A stretch of DNA of 64,000 nt. Source: Octopus vulgaris. Taxonomy: Eukaryota. Position 1 is the stretch's first letter. Every line of letters begins with the position of its first letter. The stretch lies in contig OX597825.1 of assembly GCA_951406725.2 (NCBI GenBank), forward strand, positions 7,316,001 to 7,380,000, written 5' to 3'. Position numbers and translations under genes: made by a program. The notes beneath the pieces are model-generated. The model saw only the letters and a list, made by a program, of their open reading frames with translations, was not told the origin of the DNA and searched no databases. Positions 1 through 11,802 of the stretch are shown piece after piece.

Positions 1-283
1 GATAGAGGAAGGCTTGCTCTTCCTTCCGTAGAAGAAAAAATTCAAATTGGACCATGTTAACACCAAAAATTATTTACAACAAAAAGGTGCTTTTTTTTCT
101 ATGAAAATCCCAATTTTTTTACGATCTTTTGACTGCTGTGTCGCCATTTTTCGGTGTATTTCAACCAGAAAAATGATCAGTTAAAAAGAATAACAAGCTA
201 CATAATGCAAAAGTTTTACTTTTCAAAAATTCCAATTCTAAAGGGTCGAAACAATTCCGAGCAACACCGGGCGATACTGCTAG
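1..283 (+). mobile_element. probable 3' end of a non-autonomous Helitron (5' part outside window)
   Basis: Ends in an imperfect GC hairpin ccgagcaacaccggg (257-271), then CTAG at 280-283 followed by T, the canonical Helitron 3' signature. Confidence 0.55.
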
Positions 284-744
284 TTATTTTAAAAGACTTT
301 AGAGAAAAGCAGCTCGTATTATGTATCTAGTCGTTGTAGTCACCCTTCTCCAACACCTCTCCTCGATTTTTCCTTTACTGCAATTATTTTTCAATGTGTC
401 ACAGCAAACAATGTCCAAAAGCTCGTACACTATCTAATCAAAAATTGCTTATTATTTTCTAGTTGCTTGTATGTATTTATATATTTATTTACAATTTTGA
501 ATTTGTGTATTTATATTTACTAAGTTTTTGTTCTAGGTATCACTATCGTTCGAAGATCGGAAACGAAAAGCTTGCAATAACAATTTGTAAAAAAAATTTC
601 ATCTTTCAATACCTATAAATAAATCCACATTCTATATTGACTAACTGTATTCGTTTTCTTGCTCATATTCTCCCCCATCTCTTGTCTCTCTCTCCACCCC
701 CCTCTCTCCCCACACTCACACATAAGATTAAGGATGATATCTTT

Positions 745-1030
745 TATTCTGAACCTGTCGTCATGGCATCCGATTGTTGATCGTGAGTTGAATCAGTTCT
801 TTCAAATTCAAAATCTTGCCCATATTTTATCAATTCAAGTTCCTTAAAGAAATTCAAAAGATTACAACGGACGTTTCAAGACAAAAAATTAGTACTTCCA
901 TCCATGGCTTCTGCACCTACTCACCCCGATTCTTTCTTATATTCCAACCAAATTCTCTTCCTCTCTCAGTCTCAGACCCAACAGTAACGTTTCCTTTCTG
1001 CTATTGATTATTCAGATCAGTTCGTCATCT
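745..1030 (-). mobile_element. possible highly decayed RTE LINE 3' end
   Basis: Minus-strand translation with stops (DDELI*IINSRKETLL..LREEENLVGI*ERIGVSRCRS..ELIKYGQD) loosely resembles RTE ORF C-termini. Confidence 0.25.
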
Positions 1031-1104
1031 TAACAATTGTTCTTTCCAAGACTCTTTTAAGTGTAAAAAATAAATTGGTATTTCTATATAATGTTACATA
1101 GTTT

Positions 1105-1105
1105 A

Positions 1106-1152
<47 letters not shown>

Positions 1153-1367
1153 ATGTGGGTGTATTCTAGTTATAGGTATGATATATGGGTATAGATCTCC
1201 AGAAGAATTATGGGAATAGGAAAAAGTGTTTGCAGCACGTAAGGTATTGCACTTTATGACTAAAAAAAAAAAGAAAGAAAACTTAGTTTATTCCAAACGT
1301 ATTAAGGTCTTTGTTATTTTTTGGTATCCATAGATATATGAATAGTTTTACACAGTACACACATAAT

Positions 1368-1407
<40 letters not shown>

Positions 1408-1561
1408 GCGGACAAACACACACATCATACACAAGAATACAAGTAGCTATGACGAAGCCGTAGTAATTGCTATCTCGAAGTATTTTAGTTTGCACATTCA
1501 CACATACATCATATCTGTGTGTGTGCGCGCGCGCGTGTGTGTGTGTGTGCGCGCGCGCGCG

Positions 1562-1596
<35 letters not shown>

Positions 1597-1683
1597 GTAA
1601 ATATATATATATATATATATATATTTACACACACAGAAATATGTCTCTTTTATATATATACATATATATGCCAATGAAAAGTA

Positions 1684-1765
<82 letters not shown>

Positions 1766-1782
1766 TATATACATGCACACAC

Positions 1783-1818
<36 letters not shown>

Positions 1819-1900
1819 TTTACACACAGAAATATGTCTGCCCTACATATATATATACAAATATACACACACACATACATACATCAGTATACATATGCCA
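1105..1900. repeat. compound (TA)n/(TG)n/(CA)n/(CG)n microsatellite region
   Basis: Directly visible dinucleotide arrays; the motif acacacagaaatatgtct recurs at ~1630 and ~1822. Confidence 0.95.
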
Positions 1901-2601
1901 CTCATGTGCATTATATAACGTAATGTAATGTAGATATATACGTATATCTCATATACTTGAAATTACATTATACACATCAAAACATCTCTGTATCTATGTA
2001 GTTATAGCGGTATGTATGTCTATGAATGGATACGTTTGTATGTTTACACGGCAAACAACGATGTAATAAACAAGCAATTTGATATGTTGTTTGTAAAATT
2101 GTTATTTATGAAAATGTCTACCGAGTAAAACTGATGGAATCTTAGTCGTTTCCTTTTAGCAAACCTATATTTGCATTCCCGTTATTGTTGTTCTTCATGT
2201 TGTTTCTTGTTAATGTTAATGATGGCCGTGTTTTTTTTTTTGTTTTTAGTTTTTGATATCGAGAAATATAGTTTTGTCTGAATATCTGAGATAAGGAATT
2301 ATGATAATTCTACACTGATATTGTACGGAGTTGCGATCTTATCTTTGTTGTCTCACTGAATTCTGGCCGTTGCATTCTCCACCTTTCTACAGGTGCATGA
2401 CATATTAAGAAAAGTACGTGCAAATTAGAATGGAAGACAGAGGAGGAATCGAGGTCGGTAAAAGCTTCTATAGCGAAAACCAAAAAATTTACCCCAGTGA
2501 AATCATTCTCTCTCTCTCTCTCATATATATACTGGAGTAAGCACATAAATGTGAAGCAAGGGGGGGGGAGAGTACTCAAATACCAGAGGTAGAGTAATAT
2601 G

Positions 2602-2703
2602 CTTTATTTAAAAGCAGCAGAAACATAACAAAAGCTGTTACTCAGAGTTTCACGTTCCCGTTCGTTGGACAGTTATGTATATTTCTGCTGCTTTTAAATA
2701 AAG
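2602..2703 (-). mobile_element. fold-back Penelope-type fragment with degenerate hammerhead motif
   Basis: Perfect 22-bp inverted repeat (2602-2623 / 2682-2703). The minus strand between the arms reads ctgt-CCAACGA-acg ggaa cgt-GAAA-ctctgag-TA-acag. Confidence 0.5.
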
Positions 2704-2714
2704 TATATATATAC

Positions 2715-2747
<33 letters not shown>

Positions 2748-2757
2748 TGTATGTATG

Positions 2758-2846
<89 letters not shown>
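2704..2846. repeat. (TATG)n + (TA)n microsatellite
   Basis: Direct inspection. Confidence 0.95.
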
Positions 2847-2850
<4 letters not shown>

Positions 2851-2899
2851 TAGCTAATTCATACAATCACCATCTCACCCTTACCTTCTACTACCGATA

Positions 2900-3053
2900 T
2901 GGTGTGTGGTAAGAAGCTTGCTTCCCAACCACATGGTTCCGGGTTCAGTCCCACTGCGTGGCACTTTGAGCAAATGTCTTCTGCTGTAACCTCGGGCCGA
3001 CCAAAACCTTGTGAGTAGATTTGGGTGACGGAAACTGAAAGAAGCCTGTCGTA
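2900..3053 (+). mobile_element. SINE family A, 5' half (tRNA-derived head), followed by (CTAT/CTAC)n
   Basis: gtgtggtaagaagcttgcttcccaaccacatggttccgggttcagtcccactgcgtggc... matches the copies at 31645 and 53367. Confidence 0.85.
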
Positions 3054-3154
3054 TCTATCCATCTATCTATCTATCTACCTACCTACCTACCTACCTACCT
3101 ACCTACCTACCTACCTACCTACCTACCTACCTACCTACCTATCTACCTACCTAC

Positions 3155-3215
<61 letters not shown>

Positions 3216-3537
3216 GGTCTGTTTGCCTATCTGTCTATCTGTCTGTATACAGAATTTAAGAAGAGTTACTAATAATTTCATGGTGTAGAGATAAGATAAT
3301 TTGGCAGATTTGTGTAACATGCCTCGAGTCTCCAAGTAATCTTTCATACAGAGAGACAAACCGTTAGACCTATTCGAAAACCAGGACTCTGGTCTATGAG
3401 AAAACATCAGAAAAGACGAGAAAAAAAACGTGAAGTACTGGATGGAATACTTGTTCTTGTTGATACCACCCACGACGGAACAGTAAACTATATATATACA
3501 TGCATGTATGTATAAGTATGCATTATATGCACATATA

Positions 3538-3581
<44 letters not shown>

Positions 3582-4058
3582 AGCAATCGTTTATGTATAA
3601 ACACAGATATGCCTGTTTAAGCCATCAATCATCATTTATGGCAGATCTGCATGTTATAAGTCCATATTTGGTTATATTCGGTGACTGCAAGGTCATATTA
3701 TATCAGGGAGGTCATAAACGCACATCCTCTGCTCCAACAACTTTACTGAGATTTCATTCAACTTAATACAAACTACTCGCTTCTTACATGCATCTTGTGG
3801 AAAATTTAGTTATTTTCTTGATATAGTTCAAACAACAACAACAACAACTACTACTACTAGTAGTAGTTGTAGTACTGCTACTGCTGCTGCTGCTACTACA
3901 TCCATACATCCATACAAACGCATACACAGAAACGTATACCCATGCAGGTTGTTATGCAAGATTAGTAACATCTTATATACACAGTAATCTCTTTCGTTTC
4001 AAATACATACACTCGCACACATATGCATATATAAGTATATCTAAGTGTATATATGCAC

Positions 4059-4099
<41 letters not shown>

Positions 4100-4403
4100 C
4101 GTATTTGTGCATCTGTGTGTGTCAGTATGCACTCATCAAAATGGATGCAATTAACGCAAATGAAGAGGAATTTAATTAAACATAAATGCTTCTTGCTTTA
4201 TTACAAGTTGAGATTTGCTGGTCACTTGGGCTTCTGGAATGTCGTCTAATTACCAAATTTGCTAAAATTTAATTACAAAATGGAAGTATAATATCAGCAT
4301 TAAAAATGCAAATATGATTATGTGCACATTTTTATGCAATTATATACACGCACCAGCACACACGTATGTACATATATACATTCCTACAGACAGAGATAAA
4401 AAC

Positions 4404-4578
<175 letters not shown>

Positions 4579-5167
4579 CACGTGCGTGCATGTGTGTGTA
4601 TGTTACACTTCGTGTTTTTAGTTTTGCATGCATGTGTGTGTGTGTATATATATATATGTACACAGGCACACAAAACACACACACATACACACATATATAT
4701 CTTCACATACACATACATTCATGTACATCCACGCGTATATATGCATACAAATGTACACACACACACACACACAGATAGACACACACGCGCGCACACAGAC
4801 CAATCAGGATGTAGAGCTAAAAGCTTCAGAAGTCTTACATGATATTGCAGGAATCACCGAAGAAGTCAAAGGTTATTCTTGAAATAAGCTCACCCCGAGA
4901 GACACTCCCTAAATTGTAAAAGTGATACAGTTAATGATTGGTTTGAACATCTGCACGTCTCAGAGGGATGCAGTTTATAGGGGAAGGATTAAACGAAACG
5001 GCTGGTGTTGCATCCAGAAGGTGAAACACACTTGGTAGGACGAGGGGGCGATGGGAGCGATGGGGTTATGCGAAGATGAGTTGAAGACCGTAGGGAATGT
5101 TATAGAAGTGGTATAAAGATAGGGAGGAGAACAGGGCATGTGTGTCATTATAGGAAGAAATATATAA

Positions 5168-5548
5168 GCAATGGCCCAGTGGTTAGGGCAGCAGACACGC
5201 GGTCATAGGATCGCAGTTTCGATTCCCAGACCGGGCGTTGTGAGTATTTATTGAGCGAAAACACCTGAAGCTCCACGAGATTCCGGCAGGGGATGGTGGC
5301 GAACCCTGCTTTACTTTTTCACCACAACTTTCTCTCACTCTTTCTTCCTGTTTCTGTTGTACCTATATTTTCAAAGGACCAGCCTTGTCACATTCTGTGT
5401 CACGCTTAAATCTCCCCGAGAACTACGTTAAGGGTACACGTGTCTGTGGAGTGTTCAGCCGCCACTTGCACGTTAATTTCACGAGCAGGCTATTCCGTTG
5501 ATCGGATCGACTGGAACCCTCGTCGTCGTAACCGACGGAGTGCCACGG
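5168..5548 (+). mobile_element. SINE family C, near full length, with 11-bp target-site duplication
   Basis: A-box tggcccagtgg (5172-5182) and B-box-like gtttcgattcc (5216-5226). TSD tataagcaatg at 5163-5173 and 5549-5559. Matches the copy at 33787-34142 (-). Confidence 0.9.
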
Positions 5549-6456
5549 TATAAGCAATGTGTAACGATTAACAAAGACAATGATTTATTTTGTCTATTTC
5601 TATTGTTAGCAAATTAACCAATAACCATGACTCTATCAAAATACGATTTCCTTTTGCAGCCTGTGTTCAGCTATCAGTCTGTATATTTATATATGAATGG
5701 ATCTATCTATCCATCTCTCTTTTCTCTCTCTGCTCCCTTTATCACTCTTTACACACACACACAGAAGTACGTATACTTGTGTGTGGCATGTGAGTGTGTG
5801 TATGTGACATGTGTGCGAGATACATGTGGCTGTGTGTGCGTTTATTCCATTTAACGTAAATATTCTGAGCTCGTGTTCATGATTATGAGAAATAACATTA
5901 AGTGATGACAATGATGGTAAAAGGGAAATGGCACTCTGCTATTATGTTATTGAAGCTGATATCAACGATGTTTGTAAGAAGACGGTTGAAATATATAAGT
6001 GATCGGCCGGTGAGTTCATTGTAGATTATCACTAGATTAGATGTATTTACATCCAATAGTGGGAGTCAGATAATCGGATCACCATCAGCTTTCGTTGATT
6101 ACGGATGAAGTTAATATCTTAATATGGCAAACGTCGTACAATAAGAGGTTGCTTCTTGGCAACCCAATAACATGATACGGTTTTAATCTTTCGTTTCAAG
6201 CAATTTCGGTTTATTTACTTCTCTACTTCTATTAGGATTGGCATCAAGATTGAAAGTCTCTTTCTTCAAGGGTCTCTTAACATTTAGAATATTTATGATA
6301 TTTAATAATGAACGTGGCGAACTGTGCTCGACAAGAATTTTTGAAATAATACATTTCTAAATTTCCCAGAGAGATTTATGCAGTAACAGCACGAGAAAGT
6401 GATAGTATGTTGTCAACTTAATGTGACAGTCTCATGAAAGGGAAGAATGCTACTGC

Positions 6457-6679
6457 TATTTAGCCCTAGGAAACACTGTTTCCTGTATTTCACTTGAAAT
6501 ATATATGTTTTCAAAGGCGGATAGGCATCGACAGCTAGCAAGCCATGCTACTCCAGACTGATGATGAGCAAGGACTCTGAAACTAGTCTCTGGATGCTGG
6601 CTTTGCAGGGTGGAGATGCTTACCTCCACTTTGAAGACATCAGGACACAGGAAATATGTCCAGTCCAACAGGCTAAATA
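6457..6679 (+). mobile_element. rod-like fold-back element carrying a hammerhead ribozyme (retrozyme-like)
   Basis: Nested complementary segments 6457-6465/6671-6679, 6479-6486/6647-6654, 6510-6529/6615-6635, 6538-6545/6598-6606 and 6552-6557/6589-6594 enclose an HHR core. Confidence 0.55.
6552..6594 (+). ncRNA. minimal type I hammerhead ribozyme motif
   Basis: tccaga-CTGATGA-t gag caagga ctc t-GAAA-CTAG-TC|tctgga: intact core, 6-bp stem I, palindromic stem III (ACTAGT) and a GUC cleavage triplet. Confidence 0.75.
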
Positions 6680-6694
6680 ACCTCTAAATACAGA

Positions 6695-6761
6695 GACGTA
6701 CACACACCAATACCGGTTGTCAAGCGGTGATGGTGGACAAACGCAAGCACAAAGACCCACT

Positions 6762-6795
<34 letters not shown>

Positions 6796-7064
6796 CATAC
6801 ACACACACATATATATATATATATATTTCTTTACTACCCACAAGAGGCTAAACACAGAGAGGACAAACAAGGACAGACAAACGGATTAAGTCGATTACAT
6901 CGACCCCAGTGCGCAACTAGTACTTAATTTATCAACCCAAACAATGCTTTAGCTAGCCCGAGGTTTTAGTTGGACACATTTGCCCAAGGTGTCTCCCAGT
7001 GGATCTGAACCCAGGAATATGTGGTTGGAGATCAAGCTTCTTACCACACAGCCACGCCTGCGCC
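6695..7064 (-). mobile_element. SINE family A (diverged) with nested family B tail fragment at 6826-6937
   Basis: Head accacacagccacgcctgcgccta at ~7043-7066, 3' part caccaataccggttgtcaagcgg at ~6704, and B tail ctttactacccacaagaggctaaacacag inside the internal microsatellite. Confidence 0.75.
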
Positions 7065-7760
7065 TATAGATATAAAAAGGAATAAAGCTGGAGTTGTCTA
7101 TACGTATGCACAAAACAAATGCGAGCTCTATTATTCATATACTAGAAGGTAAATACAAATATATTACAAATTTTTACACAGTTGTATTAACATACATAAA
7201 TGCGCGCATGTACACACACACATACACATACAAAATATTCATTTTCTCTAAAAATTAGTCTAAATCTCAAGAAGTTAACACACGCAGTGTAACACTCATT
7301 CTACGCCTGATAATGCCACGGAGCCGAGGCAGCAGAAGCCAACCTGGCTTTACGTAATTTTCATTAACGAATTTTAACTATACTCCAAGGCAAACACTTT
7401 AATCGGTTTATGTCTATTTTATGCTTTGATCTTGAAAGCGGAAATGTTACATGTCTGACATCAAAACAGAAGTTATTTACTTCATTATATATATATATAC
7501 ATGTGTGTGTGTGTGTGCGTGCGTGTGTGTGTGTGTGTGTGTTTCCGGTAATTAATTTGCATTTTAGAATGAATTGGGAATAGCTTTTTTGCTTGTTTAT
7601 TAATTAATATTTCTAGCCTTAGTCTACGCTCTGTCAGACATACCTCAACAGACGGTATGTCCCCTGTGGAAATCACACATACCTACCTGTGCCCTAGTTT
7701 CTCCGCTGCTAGTTTCTCAGGTACACTCTTATATATATATATATACCAATCATATACATA

Positions 7761-8282
7761 CATTTCCGCAACTCGGGCAATTCCAGCGGTTTCGGTACAA
7801 CCGCAGCTTTCTACAGTAGGTTGGTAGAGGCTGGAAATGATGATGCCCCGGGAAGGACTCTGGGTCTCGATGATAATCAGTTAGACAGCTTGTTCCGAAG
7901 AACATTCGGGCCGAAGACACAGAATAACTTCCATAAGTCTTTGGCCTGGCAGTGTCACCGATGAGCCCTACCCGTTAGGGATAAGCTCACCAGACACGGC
8001 CACCCTGGGCTGTCGGCCTGTCCAAGATGCGGACGAGACGTGGAAACCGACCCGCACGCTATTGTTCAGGGTCCGGGTGTATCAAAAGTGTGGACTTATG
8101 CAGAACACCTGTTGTCAGATGGAAGAAGAGTACAACTACCGTCTGAGTCAATTCTAAAAGTTAACCCACCGGATTTCCTCATGGAAGAAGGTAAAAATTG
8201 TTTTCTCGTAGTTGAAGCAATTGCCAGAGAGGTGATATGGAAGTCGAGAATGAAAGGTATAGTGACAGACAACTTTGTCTAA
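7761..8282 (+). mobile_element. Tx1/L1-clade LINE ORF2 C-terminal fragment (zinc-knuckle region), pseudogenic
   Basis: Frame reads NFHKSLAWQCHR*ALPVRDKLTRHG..CPRCGRDVETDPHAIVQ..VW with one in-frame stop. Homologous to 16725-17122. Confidence 0.8.
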
Positions 8283-8287
8283 CGGGC

Positions 8288-8543
8288 ATATGGCGTAGTG
8301 GTTAAGAGCGCGGGCTACTAACCCCAAGATTCCGAGTTCGATTCCAGGCAGTGACCTAAATAATAATATTAATAATAATAATAATAATAATAATAACACC
8401 GAAAACACCTTAGGGATGAGAAACCAGGTTCGAAATTTCCCCAAGACACCTGATGGAGGCTGGAGGGTATATCAGCCGAAATGTTGTGTTAACAAGATGA
8501 GGATAATGTACATAATTCCTCATCTCTTAAATATAGAACTGTA
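8288..8543 (+). mobile_element. SINE family E: tRNA head + (AAT)n linker + hammerhead-like 3' module
   Basis: A-box tggcgtagtgg (8291-8301), B-box gagttcgattcc (8334-8345), and gacac-CTGATGG-aggctg..cagcc-GAAA-tgtt-gtgtt (8445-8490). A second copy lies at 20741. Confidence 0.8.
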
Positions 8544-8694
8544 TCGACCTCAGTGTTCAACTTATTTTATCAACTCCGAAAGGATGCAAGGCAAAGTCAA
8601 CTTCGGCGGAATTTGAACTCAGAACATAAAGACAGACGAAATGCCGCTAAGTATTTTGCTCGGAGCGCTTAACGATTCTGCCAGCTCGCCGCCT
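8543..8694 (-). mobile_element. SINE family B
   Basis: Reverse complement of ggcggcgagctggcagaa..gttctgagttcaaattccgccga..cctttcggagttgataa. Confidence 0.85.
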
Positions 8695-9110
8695 CGGAAG
8701 TATAAAATTTGGAGATGGTTTGCAATGCTTGCCATATAAACTTGAACCAACGATCTTCCTACCAACAATCACGTGGTACTGATACTTTCTAGAAATGGAA
8801 ACGTGTTTCCATTACCTAAAGGTAGATATTTCAAACTAAAACCTAATATGGAGCGAAACCCAGAATTTGGGTTGGCATGTGGGAAGTTGGAATTAGGGTG
8901 CCGCAGCTATCTACACAATCCGAGAATTTGAACTGTGGTGAGCTATTTGCGTTGCGCACACCTAGCTTCCTCTTATTCACTGATGCGTGCCACACCCCAC
9001 TCTTTATATTTAGCGCCACCTTTCTAAAAATTACCGTTTCCGTTATCTTACAATCCGATTCACAAATATTTCAGGGTTTGAATCATTTCTATCATGTACA
9101 TGTCTGTCTG

Positions 9111-9434
9111 AATGTCTGGCTGTGTGTGTGCGTGCGTGTACATATATGTGTATATATGTGTGTATGTATATATGGGTGTGTGTTTGCCCTCACACACTGA
9201 GAGTGACATTTGCATGTTGGCGCATATCTCTTTATCTATCTATCTATCCATCCAGAGAGGGAGAGAGTGGGAGAGAGGAAGAAAGAGAGCGGGAGAAAGG
9301 GAGAAGAGGGAGAGGAGAGAGAGATGTAGAAAGAGACAAGGGCAGATAGACATATATATTGTAGTGCTACCAATGTCTGGCTCTGTGTGTGTGTGTGTGT
9401 GTATGTATATGTTTGTGTGTCTGCACTCACATAC

Positions 9435-9476
<42 letters not shown>

Positions 9477-9505
9477 TTGCATGCTGGCGCATATCTCTTT
9501 GTCTG

Positions 9506-9539
<34 letters not shown>

Positions 9540-9592
9540 CAGAGAGAAAGAGAGCGGGAGAGAGGGAGGGAGAGAGAGAGAGCGGGAGTAAG

Positions 9593-9625
<33 letters not shown>

Positions 9626-9675
9626 GTGTAGAAAGAGACAAGGACGGATAGACATATATATATTGTGGTGCTACC
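9111..9675. repeat. tandem duplication (two ~260-300 bp units) built of microsatellites
   Basis: Unique anchors aatgtctggct, gacatttgcatg(t/c)tggcgcatatctcttt, tgtagaaagagacaagg and tgctacc each occur twice in the same order. Confidence 0.85.
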
Positions 9676-9963
9676 TCATCTTCCTCTTTTGGTATTTAAA
9701 CGGTTTGATTCGATGATAAAGTTGTGATGTTATGCGTGGGTGTAGAATATAGGTGTCAATCCTTAGAAAACAGAATGTTACACCTTATCTCAGCTGGGAA
9801 ATAAACATTATTGGCTAATCACATCATTTCGTCATTGTAGACATTTATTATTTTTTTTTTTTTGATCTCATCTCTCTTGAGTGTTTCAGAGAATCCCAAC
9901 ATGACCGAGATACAGGAGAAAAACTAGAAAGAGAAAACACGATTTACGACGTGTAAGAAAGGA

Positions 9964-10006
<43 letters not shown>

Positions 10007-10920
10007 TGTGTGTGTGTGTAAAAGAGAGAGAGAGAGAGAGAGTGAGAGAGAGAGATGAAAGGAGAAGGCCATAAATAAGTAATGTGATGATAGAAAGAAA
10101 CTTGAAAAGAAGAGAAAGAATGAATTGAAGTCAAGTAATAAAAGAGAAAAGCGAAACGTAAGAAATGATAAAGTAGAAACGGGGTGGATAAAGGGTGGGT
10201 AAAGGGTGTTAAAGAAAAGCAGATGTGAAGACAAAAGATGTGGAGGGAAGGACTAAAGACAATAGGAAATAAAGAGAAGAAGAAGAAGAAAGCGGGGTGG
10301 AATTCTAGAAGGAGAAAATGGAAAACAAAAACGATGCCAGAGGAAAATGATTTGTTCCAAATGTACCAAAATGTGGAACTTAAACCCGGTCATTCTACCT
10401 GCCAAAAATTGCTGCCAATTTTCCCTCAAATCATACTATATTGCCTTGAAACAGGAAGGACATGATAATCAATATTGAGTTAGATACGAAAAAAGGTATT
10501 TTCGCTTATTGTTTATTTAAACCAGCCGTTCCCAAAATGCTAAGTCCTAGCTCTAGCCACGCAAATGATGTAAAATTCTTTACCCTATCCATTCCTTTAT
10601 TAATGAAGAGACAGAATAGTTCGCAGCCATAGAACTTTTTCTTCCTTCACCATGGAGTTGAAGAATTATAAAAAAGGTTTTTAAAAATCATTATTTTTTT
10701 TTCAACTGGAATCCATTTAACGAAAAATACTGGATTGAACAACAACAACAATAAAAATCAGCCTCACACTGACGTTTGTGATTTGAGGGAGATTTGGTTA
10801 TGATTTTTTGCAAGGATGAGTGGCCACATAGAAGTTCCTTCATTGGTCTTCCACTCAGCTCGAGCTACACAACAACTTCTACGTACGAAGAGCAGTGAAT
10901 CTCTCTCATACCATAACCTA

Positions 10921-11249
10921 TTTTTTTACTACCCACAAGGGGCTAAACACAGAGAGGACAAACATGGACAGAAAAATGGATTAAGTCGATTACAGAACGT
11001 AATGGCAGACGAAATACCTATTTCTTTACTACCTACAAGGGGCTAAACAAAGAGGGGACAAACAAGGACAGACAAAGGGAATAAGTCGATTGCATCGACC
11101 CTAGTGCGTAACTGGTACTTATTGATCGACCCCGAAAGGATGAAAGGCAAAGTCGACCTCGGCGGAATTTGAACTCAGAATGTAACGACAGACGAAATAC
11201 CGCTAAGTATTTCGCCCGGCGCGCTAACGTTTCTGCCAGCTCGCCGCCT
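10921..11249 (-). mobile_element. SINE family B, head-to-tail multimer
   Basis: Full head at 11249 and two copies of the tail tacc(c/t)acaaggggctaaac, joined at gacgaaatacctatttctttac (11008-11029). Confidence 0.85.
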
Positions 11250-11728
11250 TTCGGAGCGGAATTATATATTATTTACACTGATAACCATTGGTCTATCATT
11301 TATAAGCTAAAATGAGATTGTGCAACATTCATGCCTTTCTGAAGAGCATGAAGAACGACAGAGAAGTGAAATAATTCCATTCGGATTGAGGAACATTAGT
11401 GAGGTCACGGTTCACCGCGAAGTTTACTAATGGACCGAATCTGATTCCAGAGAATGAAGAAATAAAACACGAAAGACCTAATTGATAGTTGAAGTGTTTC
11501 AAAGGTGATGTTTAATGTATTGGGAAGTATGTCTGATATGTACACGGCTGCACGTGTACTGGACGGGAAGGTTCACTGGTTTCTACTGTTATGGACTGTT
11601 ACAGGTCAATCAGTTTTTCATTCAATCATAACAGAATTCACTAAACAATTGTCTATTTGGCAGGAACAAGTGGAAAGGTGAAACGAACAAATGGTGAAAG
11701 TAGACTAACGAATGGGAGATTTAATGGG

Positions 11729-11802
11729 TTTCTTCTTCTTCTTCTTCTTCTTCTTCTTCTTCTTCTTCTTCTTCTTCTTCTTCTTCTTCTTCTTCTTCTT
11801 CT
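11729..11802. repeat. (CTT)n trinucleotide repeat
   Basis: Direct inspection; source of the poly-L and poly-K ORFs. Confidence 0.95.

Noticed and set aside
2380-2462. Possible plus-strand exon (ctttctacag| ... ATGGAAGACAGAGGA.. |gtaaaa)
   Set aside because: The acceptor is plausible, but the donor is weak and no recognisable peptide or partner exon was found.
4800-4882. Protein-like peptide [25 protein letters not shown]
   Set aside because: No polypyrimidine acceptor and no recognisable family; likely chance.
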